NCBI RefSeq assembly: GCF_036321535.1
Contig: NC_087436.1
Span: 48,920,001 to 48,984,000 of the forward strand
Reading direction: 5' to 3'
Length of the DNA stretch: 64,000 nt
Source of the DNA: Camelus dromedarius
Lineage: Eukaryota
Below the pieces are notes generated by a model, which saw nothing but the letters and a program-made list of their open reading frames with translations, was not told the origin of the DNA and made no database searches. A program made the translations under genes and the position numbers. Shown here piece after piece: positions 14,406-25,899 of this stretch (the first letter of the stretch is position 1; the number at the start of each line of letters is the position of its first letter).

Positions 14406-15039
14406 TCCTGTTATTGAAGAGAGTTTTTTAAATTCAAAACTTACATTAAAGAGAGGCTCCACATCAAAGATTTCTAGTTGACTGTTAATTAAGTAACCAA
14501 TTCCTATTCTTATGTCTATTCAGTACATCCCTGGTTCATGCATGTATGTGTATAATCTATACCATGTAGTACACATATATGTGTAAACTGTATAATGTGT
14601 ATGGTGTATATTTGTGTATGTATATACATGCATGCATGTGCAAGAGAGAAAAATATGAAAAAACATTTAAAGCAAAATACATAATACAAAAAAAAAAAAA
14701 TACAGTAAATTGAAAAAACCTTGCCTTAGATCCAATGTTTCATGGTGATAAAGAACACATACCCTTTCAGAAGATCACTTTTAAGTAGCTGATAGTTGGA
14801 GCTTAAGCTATTTGTTTTGCTTTTCCTGTTTGTTTAGTGTTTTCTTCAACATGTATCCTTCATTAATACATTTTGAAATAATCTTGTTAGGAAGCATATT
14901 GTTCCTTAATACCTGATACGGTATCAGTTCATGGAGTTTTGGAGGTTTCTTGATTTCCAGGCCAACATTTTGTAATGTCAGTTTTATGAGGTAGTCAATC
15001 AACAACTTGCCAGAAAATAGAAGTCAAAGGCTTATTTTC

Positions 15040-15225
15040 TCAAGCATAAGTCATCTTCCCAAGGTAGTTAGCTGGAACATAGCCTTTCTGCCCTTGAACT
15101 TCAGCTAACCACCATTCTTTATTGCCACTTAGGTCACAAAATCTAAGTATATGGACTCTTTGGTATTCCTGAAGGCTGAGTTCATGGTCACTCCGTGCTT
15201 GAAAGGCATGAACTGCATAGAAAAT
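15040..15225 (-). CDS. ARHGEF38: Rho guanine nucleotide exchange factor 38, last coding exon (exon 14; C-terminal SH3 domain)
   Basis: Minus strand reads ttgtctAG|ATTTTC...GCT TGA; 186 bp. Encodes IFYAVHAFQARSDHELSLQEYQRVHILRFCDLSGNKEWWLAEVQGQKGYVPANYLGKMTYA*, with SH3 WW and GYVPANY motifs. Not in the ORF track. Confidence 0.97.
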   Translation of the reverse strand: MFYAVHAFQARSDHELSLQEYQRVHILRFCDLSGNKEWWLAEVQGQKGYVPANYLGKMTYA

Positions 15226-16180
15226 CTAGACAAAAAAGAAAATGACATTATTAGAAGCAGACCTAAAAATTTAGACAATAAAGGTTTCCAGGCTTTTAGA
15301 AAAAAATGTTACGTTTTCTTATTTTTCCAAAGTCACATTTCCCCAACTCCTGTTGGATTTATTTTGCTGAAATATGGCCCAGTTGAAAATAAAGTGAAAT
15401 TGTCATTCTTATTGTTCTGTTGGGAGGAATCTAAATTATCCACTCTAGAAGGCAATTTGGCACTTTCTATTAAAAGACTTTTAATGTTAACTTTTTGACT
15501 CAATAATAGCTCTAAGAGTCTCATACAGAAACAAACATTGGCAGAGATTTTTGCACAATAATTTTACTGCAATACCCACTTGTGAGGTGAAAAGTGGGAG
15601 AGAATTGGGAATAACACTAAGGGTTCAGCAAAATAATAGTTAAATTCTGGATCCTTACTCTAAGGAAATTTATAGTCGCAGAAATAATGTTTTCTAAGAC
15701 TAATAACATAGGAAAATGCTTATGATAAAATATTAAGAAAATAAAAGATATAAAATCAGGTGTATGATGTAAGTATTGTTAGATTTTTTTTTGGTAGAAT
15801 TAAAGCTGATTTTCATTTTTATTTCTTTCCTTATTGTATAAACTTTTATAATGACAATGTATTAAATTTGTAATTTTAAATTAAAGTGACCTAGAGAGAC
15901 TAATAAAATATATTTCAGTCAGAAGAATTTTTCTTTAACCTCGAAAGAACACTTCATAATTATTAGATGCATAAGAAGCCCCTAAATAAGTGTTTAGTCC
16001 CTCTTCCACTAAAATCATGACTTAATAAAAATGTTTAGTTATGGTATAAAATTAAGTACCAACCACATTTATTCATTCATTTGTTTAATTAGAATTTATT
16101 AAGTACATATTAAGTAGAAGATTATGTTATCAGAGAGCTTATCACCCAGCTGGGAAAAAAATGCAAAAAAAAAAAAAAGA

Positions 16181-16378
16181 CATGTAGAATAGATAAACAA
16201 GATTATACTGTATAGCACAGGGAAATATATACAAGATCTTGTGGTAGCTCACAGTGAAAAAAAATGTGACAATGAATATACGTACATTCATGTGTAACTA
16301 AAAAGTGTGCTCTACACTGGAGTTTGACACAACATTGTAAAGTGACTATAACTCAATAAAAAAATGTTAAAAAAAAAG
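16181..16378 (+). mobile_element. 5'-truncated LINE-1 3' end (artiodactyl type)
   Basis: TATAGCACAGGGAAATATAT...AACATTGTAAAGTGACTATAACTCAATAAAAA, a typical L1 3'UTR; degenerate TSD aaaaagacatgt/aaaaaggcacatgt. Confidence 0.8.
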
Positions 16379-16661
16379 GCACATGTGAAAACAAAACAAA
16401 ACAAAACACCCTGCAGGTGATATATATCAACTAATTGTGAACTGAATTTTAGAAGAATTAACCTTTTATAAGTGACAAAGTTGATAAAAGGGATGAATAT
16501 GTCTTATTCGAAGATACAGAGATGAATACATGAGAACAGTATATGGGAAAGACAAGCAGATTAAGATTTCCAAAATTGAGGGTCCATATAAAAAGGAAAT
16601 TATGAAAAATAAGGTGATTTCATTGCGCAGGAAAAGAGATGGTAATGTGGGGAGGAAACTG

Positions 16662-17669
16662 CAGTTGACCCTTGAACAACACAGGTTTGAACTGTGTGGG
16701 TCAATTTATATGGAGATTTTTTTCAATAAATAAATTGGAAAAACTGGGGGAGATCTGAGACAATTTCAAAAAACTCACAGATGAACCATGTAACCTAGAA
16801 ATATTGAAAAAAATATGAAAAAAGTAAGGTATGTCATGATTGCATAAAAATATGTAGATACTAGTCTATCCTTACATAGGCATGAGTGATATTTAACATA
16901 AAATTAATAACATGTTAATTTTCTTACTGTTTTATAATTTTGCTTTCAAGGAATTACATTACCATTACCATTCAGTATGCCTCTCTCTCTCTCATAATTG
17001 GAGAGACTGCATATCAGCCTATCACCACAGGTAAGTGATTTTTTTTAAATGTTTCAAAATGTTTCCAATACTGTATTATGAGTATGACTAATAATATGTG
17101 TCATAAAAATTTTATAATGATTTATTCATTAGTGTATAAGCTAGGCTGCCATAAAGCAATCATATTAATTACACGAGGCTACCATAAAGCAATCATATTG
17201 CTCCTTTGTTATCAATGCATGAATCGTTATATCTGTAAATAAATAGGAATTTCTTTTTTATATTTTTTCATTTCTGATGTCAAGTGTTAGAAATTCATGT
17301 AACATCTACAGTGTCTTGTATCATATAATAAAATATTGATGTAGATACTGACAAATGATTCATTTTGTAAACAGATGGCAAACTTATAGTATTGATAAAT
17401 ATAGTACAGTACTGTAAATGTATTTCCCTTATGATTTTCTTAATAACATTTTCTTTTTTCTCGGTTACTTTATTGTATGTGTGTGTATATATATATATAT
17501 AAAATACATGTAACATACAGAAATGTGTTAATCAACTGTCTATATTATCCATAAGGCTTCTGGTCAACAGTAGGCTATTAGTAGTTAAATTTTGGAAGAG
17601 TTTTCTGCAGATTTTCAACTGCCAACGGGGTTGATATCCCTAACCCCCACGTTATTCAAGGGTCAACTG
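16662..17669 (+). mobile_element. Non-autonomous Tigger2-family (TcMar-Tigger/pogo) DNA transposon, about 1 kb
   Basis: Terminal inverted repeats CAGTTGACCCTTGAACAAC and GTTATTCAAGGGTCAACTG; TA on the right flank (17670-17671) and TG on the left; no transposase ORF. Confidence 0.9.
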
Positions 17670-20160
17670 TATAATTACAGTGTAAGCTGTTCTTTAGATC
17701 TTGAACTGTTATTTAACTTTTGATGGTCTTTTGATACCACTGATTTATATATCATCTCAACTCTAGCATGAGCTCCACCTCAAGTAAAGAAACCATGTTA
17801 CAACTTTTTTCCAGTGACCACATCATGGCACACAGTATGAATTCAAATATATGTTGATTTGACTTGAAAGTAAGGCTGAAAGGCTTGGATATCATACAAG
17901 AACATAAAAGAGGTCTTCTTGTGTCATGAAAGATACATACAAGACAGACTAGTGGACATGGATTATTTTGTAACTTAAGTAAAGAGAAAACAAAAAAAGA
18001 GGTGCCAGAAATTCTTGAGCAATGGAATGGTAGCAATAATAACCACCTTTTATAGCTCTCGTGACAGTTTACATGTCAAATGTGCCTTATCCTCAACAAC
18101 CCTGTGAGTTGTGACTTGGAGAAGTAACATGCTCTTAATCACAGAGCTAGTCCGTACCATATCTTCTAACTCCAAATCCTGGGCTTGGTCCATTTCTCAT
18201 AGTACTTTAGGAGCCAAATTCTTGTCCTGACAAGAATGTGCAGAGTGTATTCTTGTATAAAGGGACTGGAATCCCTAAAATGTTGCTGCTGGGTTTTTTG
18301 TTTTTATTTAGAAAGTGAAGACATTGAATATATCCACATGAGCAGAGTAGGGGATTTGGTTTGCAAAAGCTTTCAGGAATATGATGTATCATAATATACA
18401 GCTTCTGAAATAATCTGTAAGAGCCCACATTAGCAGTTGCTAGCCATCTTTTGCAACTTTTATGCATAATAAATATGCCTCACCAGTGCAGCCATAGATA
18501 TTTTAACAGGTCAAATTACCTACTAATATACTATTCCTAAGTATTTATGGTAGCCTTTCATTTGGTGCATATTCTCTCAGGGGGAATATAAAACCTTCCA
18601 TCTAGATCTATTTGGTATGAAATTATTGCAAAGCTTGTATTTTAAACATTCAGTATAGATTCTCATAAATTGTATTTTAAATTTTAAGTACAAAATTACA
18701 ACATGTACTTTCAATACTTTAGATGATCATGGTCCCAAATTAATTTAGGATGAGCATTTTTCAGTTTTTATATTTCTTTATGCCTCCATTTAACATAAGA
18801 TAGATATTCAAAATGGAAGTAAGTCTGCTTTTAAAGAGACAGTGGTTAATAATGTTAGACCACAAATTAGAAGTTTTCAATAGGTTATGGATTTAAGAGC
18901 TAAGAATGTCTCCCTTAAAAAAAATATTTTAATTGTTCTAGGTTGTATTTTTCAAACTTTCAATGTTAATATGTTTTACTCCAGACACGTTAATTAAAAT
19001 TTTGTTAATTTAAGCCATAATCATCTGATCCTTTTCTTTTTCCCCTTGGCACTTATCAATATATATCTTATTAGTTGCTTCCTTGAAATCTGTGAAGCTC
19101 TGGCTCATTTTAAGTACAATATTCTATGACTCCAACCCAGTTTCACAGCATTTACTTTTTTTTTTTTGTAGCACTCTGTTTTATATTATTGACTCATACC
19201 GGATTTATTACCCACTATTCATAACCACCAGCTCTTTCCTTGTGGTGTCACAGCCAGTTCAGCATTTCCTTATTCTTTATTTGTACATTTAATTGTTCCT
19301 CCCTTAGTGAGCCACATTACCTCTCTTCACTGAATCTCATTTTATTGATTTCATCCCAGTTTTCCAATTAGCAACCACAAAAATCATGAGATAGTTTAAT
19401 CTTCCTTTCCAAAACTAAAATTACAAAACCAGCATTTATGGTATTATATCATATGTAGCTCAGGAAGCCAAGATAGTTATATTGCATGAAAAACACTCAT
19501 TCTTCTCTCCCACTCATTAGAAGCAAGCTTTCATTTTCTTTAGTTAAAAATTATGAATTGTTATTACGTAAGTAATTGTAAAAAAAATTTTAAATAAAGG
19601 TAAGCAAAAAAATAAATTATCCAACTTCTATTAATACCTTGTTTTTCTTTTATCCTTTCTTCCTTTTCTTCTTCCTCTTTTCTTTATACCTACCTACCTG
19701 AAGTGGTAATAAACATGTAATTATAGTACACGTAATTTTTGCCACCTGCTTTTTCACTGCAAAATATATTTTAAAATCTTTTCATTTCAATAAATAGCTC
19801 TTAAAAGCATCATTTTCATGACTACTTAAATACATTATGTTACTGTCTGCTGACTTTTGATGCACTTTCTAAATAATGGCATACTAAACATATAGCATTA
19901 TCATGATAAGCAATTGAAAAAATGTAAAGATGAGGGACTAGACAATGAATCTAGAATTAGCAGAACAGCTTTTTAAAAGTCAAAAATTGTGTTCTCAGTA
20001 TTATTTATGTGAAAAAAAGAAAAGAGCACTGATTCTCAGATATTGCTTCCCTCTAAAGCTGGTTTTAGCTATTATTAAACCTGATCCTCTTTGAGAAGTA
20101 TCAAAGATTGTTATCACATTTGTCCAGCATCCTGCTCACCAAACAAGGCATCTTACATAG

Positions 20161-20822
20161 TATGGTAGGAGAATTCTAAGACTGACCCCAAGATTACCAC
20201 CTCCTGTTGAACATGTTCTATATAACCCCCTATGTGAATATGATGGGATTTCATTCCTATGATTAGGTTACATTATTTACAAAGGTAAAGGGATTTTTGC
20301 AGAGGTGCCTAATAAGGTCCCTATTACGCTGACTTTGAGTTAGTTGAAGACTATCCTGAGTGGGCCTGACATAATCAGGTAAGCCTTTAAAAGAGAGTCC
20401 AGATCTTCTCTGAAGGGAGAGAGCTGAAATGAGAGAGGTGCTCTCCTACCGGCTTTGAAGAAGCCAACAGCCATGTTGTGAACTGCCTATGGAGACAGCC
20501 ACGTAGCAAGGATCTGAGAGCAGCCTGAGCTGTTGAAAGTGGTCCTTGGCTGACAGCCAGCAAGAAAATGGAAGCCTTGGTGCTACTGGAACAAGGAACC
20601 AAATTTTGCCAACAACCACATGCTTGGAAAAGAACTCTGAGTTTCAGAAAGAAGCACAGCCAAGCCAAACGTCTAGACTGCAGCCGTAGGAGCTACTAAG
20701 TGGAGCATCCAGCTGAGCTGTGCCTGGACTGCTGGCCATGGAAATGGTGAGATAATAAATTTATGTTGTTTTAAGCCACTTAGTTTATGATAATTTGTTA
20801 TGCAGCATAGAAAACTAACACA
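20161..20822 (+). mobile_element. MaLR solo LTR (MLT1E/F-like)
   Basis: Begins TATGGTAGGAGAATTCTAAG and ends GAGATAATAAATTTATGTTGTTTTAAGCCACT...TTGTTATGCAGCATAGAAAACTAACACA, the typical MLT1 termini. Confidence 0.85.
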
Positions 20823-21584
20823 GATTATGCCATTATTATTTGATGGGAAACCCCTGCAATTTGGGTTGGGTTATTTCAACTCAGAGGGAAGGTATAGGGG
20901 ATCCTATGTGGTCACAGATCCAAGCTGCATTTTCTAATCCAGCTATATTAGTAATAGTGTTTATATTTATATCCCTGACACCAGGGTCTATTTTGAATTG
21001 GATCTAAACTCAGAGGAAAAGGAGAACAAATAGAACTTTATGGAGAGATATCATTAATATACTTTCTGTTTTGAGCAAAAGAAAATTACTTCATTTTTTT
21101 TTCCTCTCAGTAATAGAAACTTCTGAAGGACCTAATTCCCATGATACGCATTGATAGGATTACTCAAAGAGAATTACTCTGCAATAGCAGTAGTGGGAAC
21201 TAGGTGCAGTTTTAGACTACGAAACCTGTGCTGAAAGCGCCTAAGTAAGGTGCTTAATCCAAAAGTCCCTGTAAAGCCAACTTAGAACTAGAACTCAACA
21301 TCAAGCTAGCTTTAGGGTGTCTTGACAAATTTGGTCCTCCAATGTCTGTCCTTCCAGGTTATTGAGATAAGGCCAAGTCAGCCAGGACATTTAACCAATT
21401 ATGTAGATTTCACTGATAAAAATTTTCTTACCAGTTGGCATTATAACATTATATTGTCTTACAGAAACTCTGAATACACTAAGAGAGTGAATGAATAATA
21501 GAAAAATAGGGTTTTGAAACTTCAAGTCAGAAAAGTGGTAAGAACACACAGTAATGTATAGATGAGTTTAGAATCAGTCATGAC

Positions 21585-22320
21585 TGGGAGAAAATATTCG
21601 TAAATTATGTGTCTGATAAAGAACAGCATCCAGAACTATATAAAGAATTCTTAAAACTGAATAATGGGATGGGAAATTACCCAATTTTTTAAGTGGCCAA
21701 ATATCTGAAAAGACATTTACCAAAGAAGATACAGGAATGGCCAATAAGAACATGCAAGATACTCAACAGCATTAGTCATTAGGGAAATGCAAAGTAAAAC
21801 TACAATGAGACACTACTTTGCCTCCAGTAAGATGTCTGTAATAAAAGATAATAAATCCAGGATATAGAGAAACCGCAATTCACAACCCTCATATATTGCA
21901 GATAAACAAGGATCTTGCCTGAAATATTGTTTGAAATTTTGAAAACATCAAAATGTTCTATATGTTTATTATTATGCGAATAGTTACATAAATTATGGTA
22001 TATCTAAAATAATTAAATACTATGCAGAATTTTTTAAGGAAAAAATCAATATCTAAATAGACATTTAGATATTGATATGTCTAAGATATATCATTAAGTG
22101 AAAAAGATTATGTACCACATATATGTTCCCACTCATATAAGTATAAATACTCATATAAATACAATATCTGAAAAGACATACCTGAATATAATCTCTAAAA
22201 AGTAGAACTGAAGAGAGAATAAAGGCCTTTACTTTTAATTTACATATATCTTTCTATTTTAACTTTTCACAAATAATATGTTAACCTTATTTGTAAAAAA
22301 GAAGTTAAGATTAATTAATG
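21585..22320 (+). mobile_element. Old LINE-1 (L1M) ORF2-end/3'UTR fragment
   Basis: AGACATTTACCAAAGAAGATACAGGAATGGCCAATAAGAACATG...ATTAGTCATTAGGGAAATGCAAAGTAAAACTACAATGAGA. Confidence 0.75.
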
Positions 22321-22724
22321 AAAATCCACTGAAGAAAAAAAGCAAGTTTACAGAAGGAATGTGAGTTGGTCACCACTTGGGGATTAACAGTTAAATATAT
22401 TGAAACCTTCTGAGATAGTAAAAAAACAAAACTATAGTTAAGTTACCATTTGGGGAAAGGATTATGCCAATAGTCTTTGCATTGATTAAGTGAGGGAAAG
22501 GTAGCTTTTAAAAGTTTCAGTATATAGTATATAGCATAGGTCATTATGCAAGAGATTAAAAATGACCAATTCATAGATGTCTCAATGAAGATATTGCTCT
22601 CAGAGGAATGATGGCCAATTTTCCACATGCTACTAATGGCAGCAATCTGTTCAGTATTGAGCTGTTTTTCTCCGATGGGTGAGTGCAAAAAGACCATGTT
22701 CCCTTCACTCGAAGTACTAACAAC

Positions 22725-22935
22725 TGCGATTTATTCAGTGCCTACTCCGTGCTGGGTACCTTACATATGCTCATTACCTCTAATCCTCACGTCAACTCTG
22801 CAAAGTAGGAATTATTGTCCTCTTTTCCTCATTTGAGGAGACAGGCTCAGGGAATTCAAATCCTTGCAAAATATGCATAGGGAGGAAGTGCTGATACAGC
22901 CCCTTGGTGTTAAAGCTGATGCTTCCACTGAGTCT
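22725..22935 (-). mobile_element. MIR SINE
   Basis: TAATCCTCAC...AAGTAGGAATTATTGTCCTC...TGAGGAGACAGGCTCAGGGA. Confidence 0.6.
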
Positions 22936-23018
22936 CACAGTAAGACAGAGCCGTTAGAGAGAACATCTTTCACGATTTGAACAGCCAAGCATTTTTACAT
23001 TAAGGTTCGAATTCTTAC

Positions 23019-23278
23019 CTGCTCATCTACTTCTTGAAAACTGTCAACATCAGTACCGTTGGTTTCAAACTTTCCACATGTTCCACTAAGAGATGAGCTG
23101 CTATCACTTATGCTACCTTCTGGGGTGCCTGTGACACTGTCACTGGCTGGTCGTGAAGACACGAAAAGGCTGATGTTATCAAAATCATCATCACAGAACC
23201 TGTTCTCAGCGTCCACCTTCTGCACTTTTGCTGGATTGTAGGGTTTTAGGAAGGAGGAATACACGTATCCTTTTATAA
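23019..23278 (-). CDS. ARHGEF38: ARHGEF38 exon 13 (end of first SH3 and Ser-rich linker)
   Basis: tcctatccAG acceptor (23279-23280) and CAG|GTAAGA donor; 260 bp, phase 1-0. Encodes (I)IKGYVYSSFLKPYNPA...FQEVDEQ. Confidence 0.96.
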
Positions 23279-23417
23279 CTGGATAGGAAATAAAAAGAAA
23301 GAAAAAACAAGGTTAGTTGTATACTCTTTCCAAACAGTTGTGTTGAGAGAAGCATGCAGAGACCCCTGGGAAAATCTCAACTAGAAGAGAGGTGGAAGTT
23401 CTGTGCAAAAAACTTAC

Positions 23418-23616
23418 TTCCTGTGTCAACAAGCCACCTGCTCGTACTGCCCAGTGGGTCCTTCTGTTCCATCACAGCCACCAACTCCCCTTCCAGAAGA
23501 TCGATGTCATATTCTTGTGTAGCATTGCACTTGCGCTTGGCTTGGTAGAGTTCCTCTGTACTGTATGTGGACAGGAGTTTGGAGCGGTGAGTGTCAGTTT
23601 GACGAGGCACTTCTGG
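23418..23616 (-). CDS. ARHGEF38: ARHGEF38 exon 12 (first SH3 domain)
   Basis: cttctttcAG acceptor (23617-23618) and GGAA|GTAAGT donor; 199 bp, phase 0-1. Encodes PEVPRQTDTHRSKLL...STSRWLVDTG; a 139-bp intron separates it from exon 13. Confidence 0.96.
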
Positions 23617-24425
23617 CTGAAAGAAGTAAGGAGAGATTTTGGTTTAGGTAGATGTATGATAAAATCCTCACTGAGTTGGTAAATATTTCTTCCCTGGAGA
23701 CTTAAAATATTGAAGCCATACATTGATCTGGGATTATATCAATGTTGAGGCATAGATCAGGTTATTATTGTGAAGTATTCAGCTGAGTTATGCAGTGAAA
23801 AATTCTCCTGTTAGCACACGAGGGCAGTGTTGTAGAGAAGAAAATTCAACTGCGAATAAGAAGGCAGAGGTTCTAATCCCTCTTGGATGTTGAACAATTT
23901 TTTAATTCTTTGCCAAGCTGTAGGCAATCACTTGTATATTAAGCACTTGATAAATAATATTTAATTAAGTAAATTGTACATGTGCATGAATTTTTCTGGG
24001 AAGTAATATCAGTAAATCAGGCAGGAGTTTAGAGGCCTGGCCCCTGGCCCAGCTCTGCCATTAAGTAACTTTGAGAAAGCCACTTTATCTCTGAAGACTG
24101 GGATTCCTTATCTAGAAAAAAGAACAGTTTGAACTATGATTTTGCTCTCTAAAACTCTGTTCATTCATCCAGCAGATATTTGTAGAGAACCTACCTTGTA
24201 TCAGGCACCATTTTAGGCACTTGGAATACATCATGTACAAAACACATTAAAGTCTATGACTTTACAGAGTTCATAGCACAGAGGGGAGAAAGACAAGAAA
24301 GTCTACATATAGTAAGTAGGGAAATTACAGGATATTAGAATAAGTGATATGAAAAATAAGACACTATGATTTAAACAAGACAAAGAAATGACAGTTTTCA
24401 TTGTCATGAACGCTATCAGACTCAC

Positions 24426-24569
24426 CAGAGTTTGCACAGGCTTCTTCTTTTCAAAACTAAGTTTCCTCTCAATAAAAGTAGCACTGTTATCCTTCATAAA
24501 ATTCAGATTTTGAATCTCTTCTAGTACTCGATTCTGAATTTCAGAGATACTTGAGGCTAACAAAGGTAC
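24426..24569 (-). CDS. ARHGEF38: ARHGEF38 exon 11
   Basis: tacctacAG acceptor (24570-24571) and CTG|GTGAGT donor; 144 bp, phase 0-0. Encodes VPLLASSISEIQNRVLEE...KKKPVQTL. Confidence 0.95.
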
Positions 24570-24943
24570 CTGTAGGTAGAAATGATATGACATTGTTCCC
24601 AGACAACTACTTAACCATATTAGGTACTGAATTTAATAGATTTGTGATGAACAGTGAGAAATTATACTATATTCCACAGCGAAAAATTAGGGCAATGTTA
24701 AAACTTCTAGATAAAAACAATCCAGTTTGCTGTCTCCAGAAACCCCACTAAAATGACAAGAATAATTTCTTTTTTAAGTTTCGAGCCTAAATAGAAGGAA
24801 ACAGAAGAGATAAAAAATTACAATAGCAATAAAATTTTTGGAAGAAAGGCTCTGTAATTAATGGCAGTAGGCACCTCCAATGTGGTGGGATAGGATAGTA
24901 GGAAAGAGAAAAAGGCTAAAACAAGAAACATTAATTAAGATCC

Positions 24944-25485
24944 TGTGGTAGTTTTAAAACAAATCAGCAAATTCTTTGATATGCTTCCCATCAAGAGGTG
25001 GAGTCTAATGTCCCCTTCCTTCAAAATTGGTTGGGATTTTATGGTTGCCTCAATGAATAGAATGTTGAAATAGAATAACAAGTGATGTTGTCTGACTTTC
25101 AAGATTAAGCTAAAAAAATTAAAGACCTGCAGTTTCTGCTGGTATCTCTTGGGACACTCACTCTGGACTTCAGTCACTATGGAAGAAGTCCAGTTGCCCT
25201 GTGGCCACTTTATGAAAAGACCATGTTGAAAAGTCAGAGCTGGTGCAGACCCAGCTGTTTGAGTCTTCTGTCATTGTCCCACCACCAACCTTAGACAGTG
25301 GCATGAGAGAATCTTTGTGACTCTATTTCAACCCCAACTGATATCCGACTGAGACACTGATAGTGATTACCTGATCCCAGTGAACCTCGCGAGAACTATG
25401 AGAGACAATGGTAACAAGTAACAACTGGTTGCTTCATATCACCAGGGTTGGTGTAATTTGTTATGCAGATATAGACAACCAGAAC
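24944..25485 (+). mobile_element. MaLR solo LTR (MLT1G-like)
   Basis: TGTGGTAG start, CCCATCAAGAGGTGGAGTCTA internal motif, and end GTAATTTGTTATGCAGATATAGACAACCAGAAC. Confidence 0.75.
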
Positions 25486-25899
25486 TGTTTTGAAGCAGTT
25501 GGATCCCTGCTAAATCTAAAAAGTTAGATTCTTTTTTCTATCTTTTTTCTATTTCAGTGAATCTTGGCAATTGCTTTTTCCCTACCTTAGCAGAAGATTA
25601 AGTTTTTTTCTCTGTGAATGGTAAAACAGTCTCTAGACTGGGGACACTAAGCACAAATAATGGTGGGGGACCCCTGTTAGAAAGAGGTAATTAAGTGTGT
25701 GAATATAGACTGGACCCAGAGACCTTGCCAACTAGGTCCTCCAGGCAGAAAACTTGAAGAGACATCTCTGGAGAGTCTGACCAGCCCAAGAGGACCGTGA
25801 CCATATATGATATACAAAGTCTCTCTCCCTCAACATCAGAATGAAATTATCCAAAGAAACTGAATTAAGTGAGTTTCATTGAGAAAATATTAAGAACAA

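Noticed and set aside
15151..15524. ORFs of 115 aa (+) and 63 aa (-) near the ARHGEF38 last exon
   Set aside because: No recognisable protein; the real exon is 15040-15225 on the minus strand.
24564..24575. AG|GT at the starts of ARHGEF38 exon 11 (GTACCT) and exon 8 (GTGAAA) as recursive splice sites
   Set aside because: The reconstituted donors are weak, the introns are short, and Val codons at phase 0 explain the GT.
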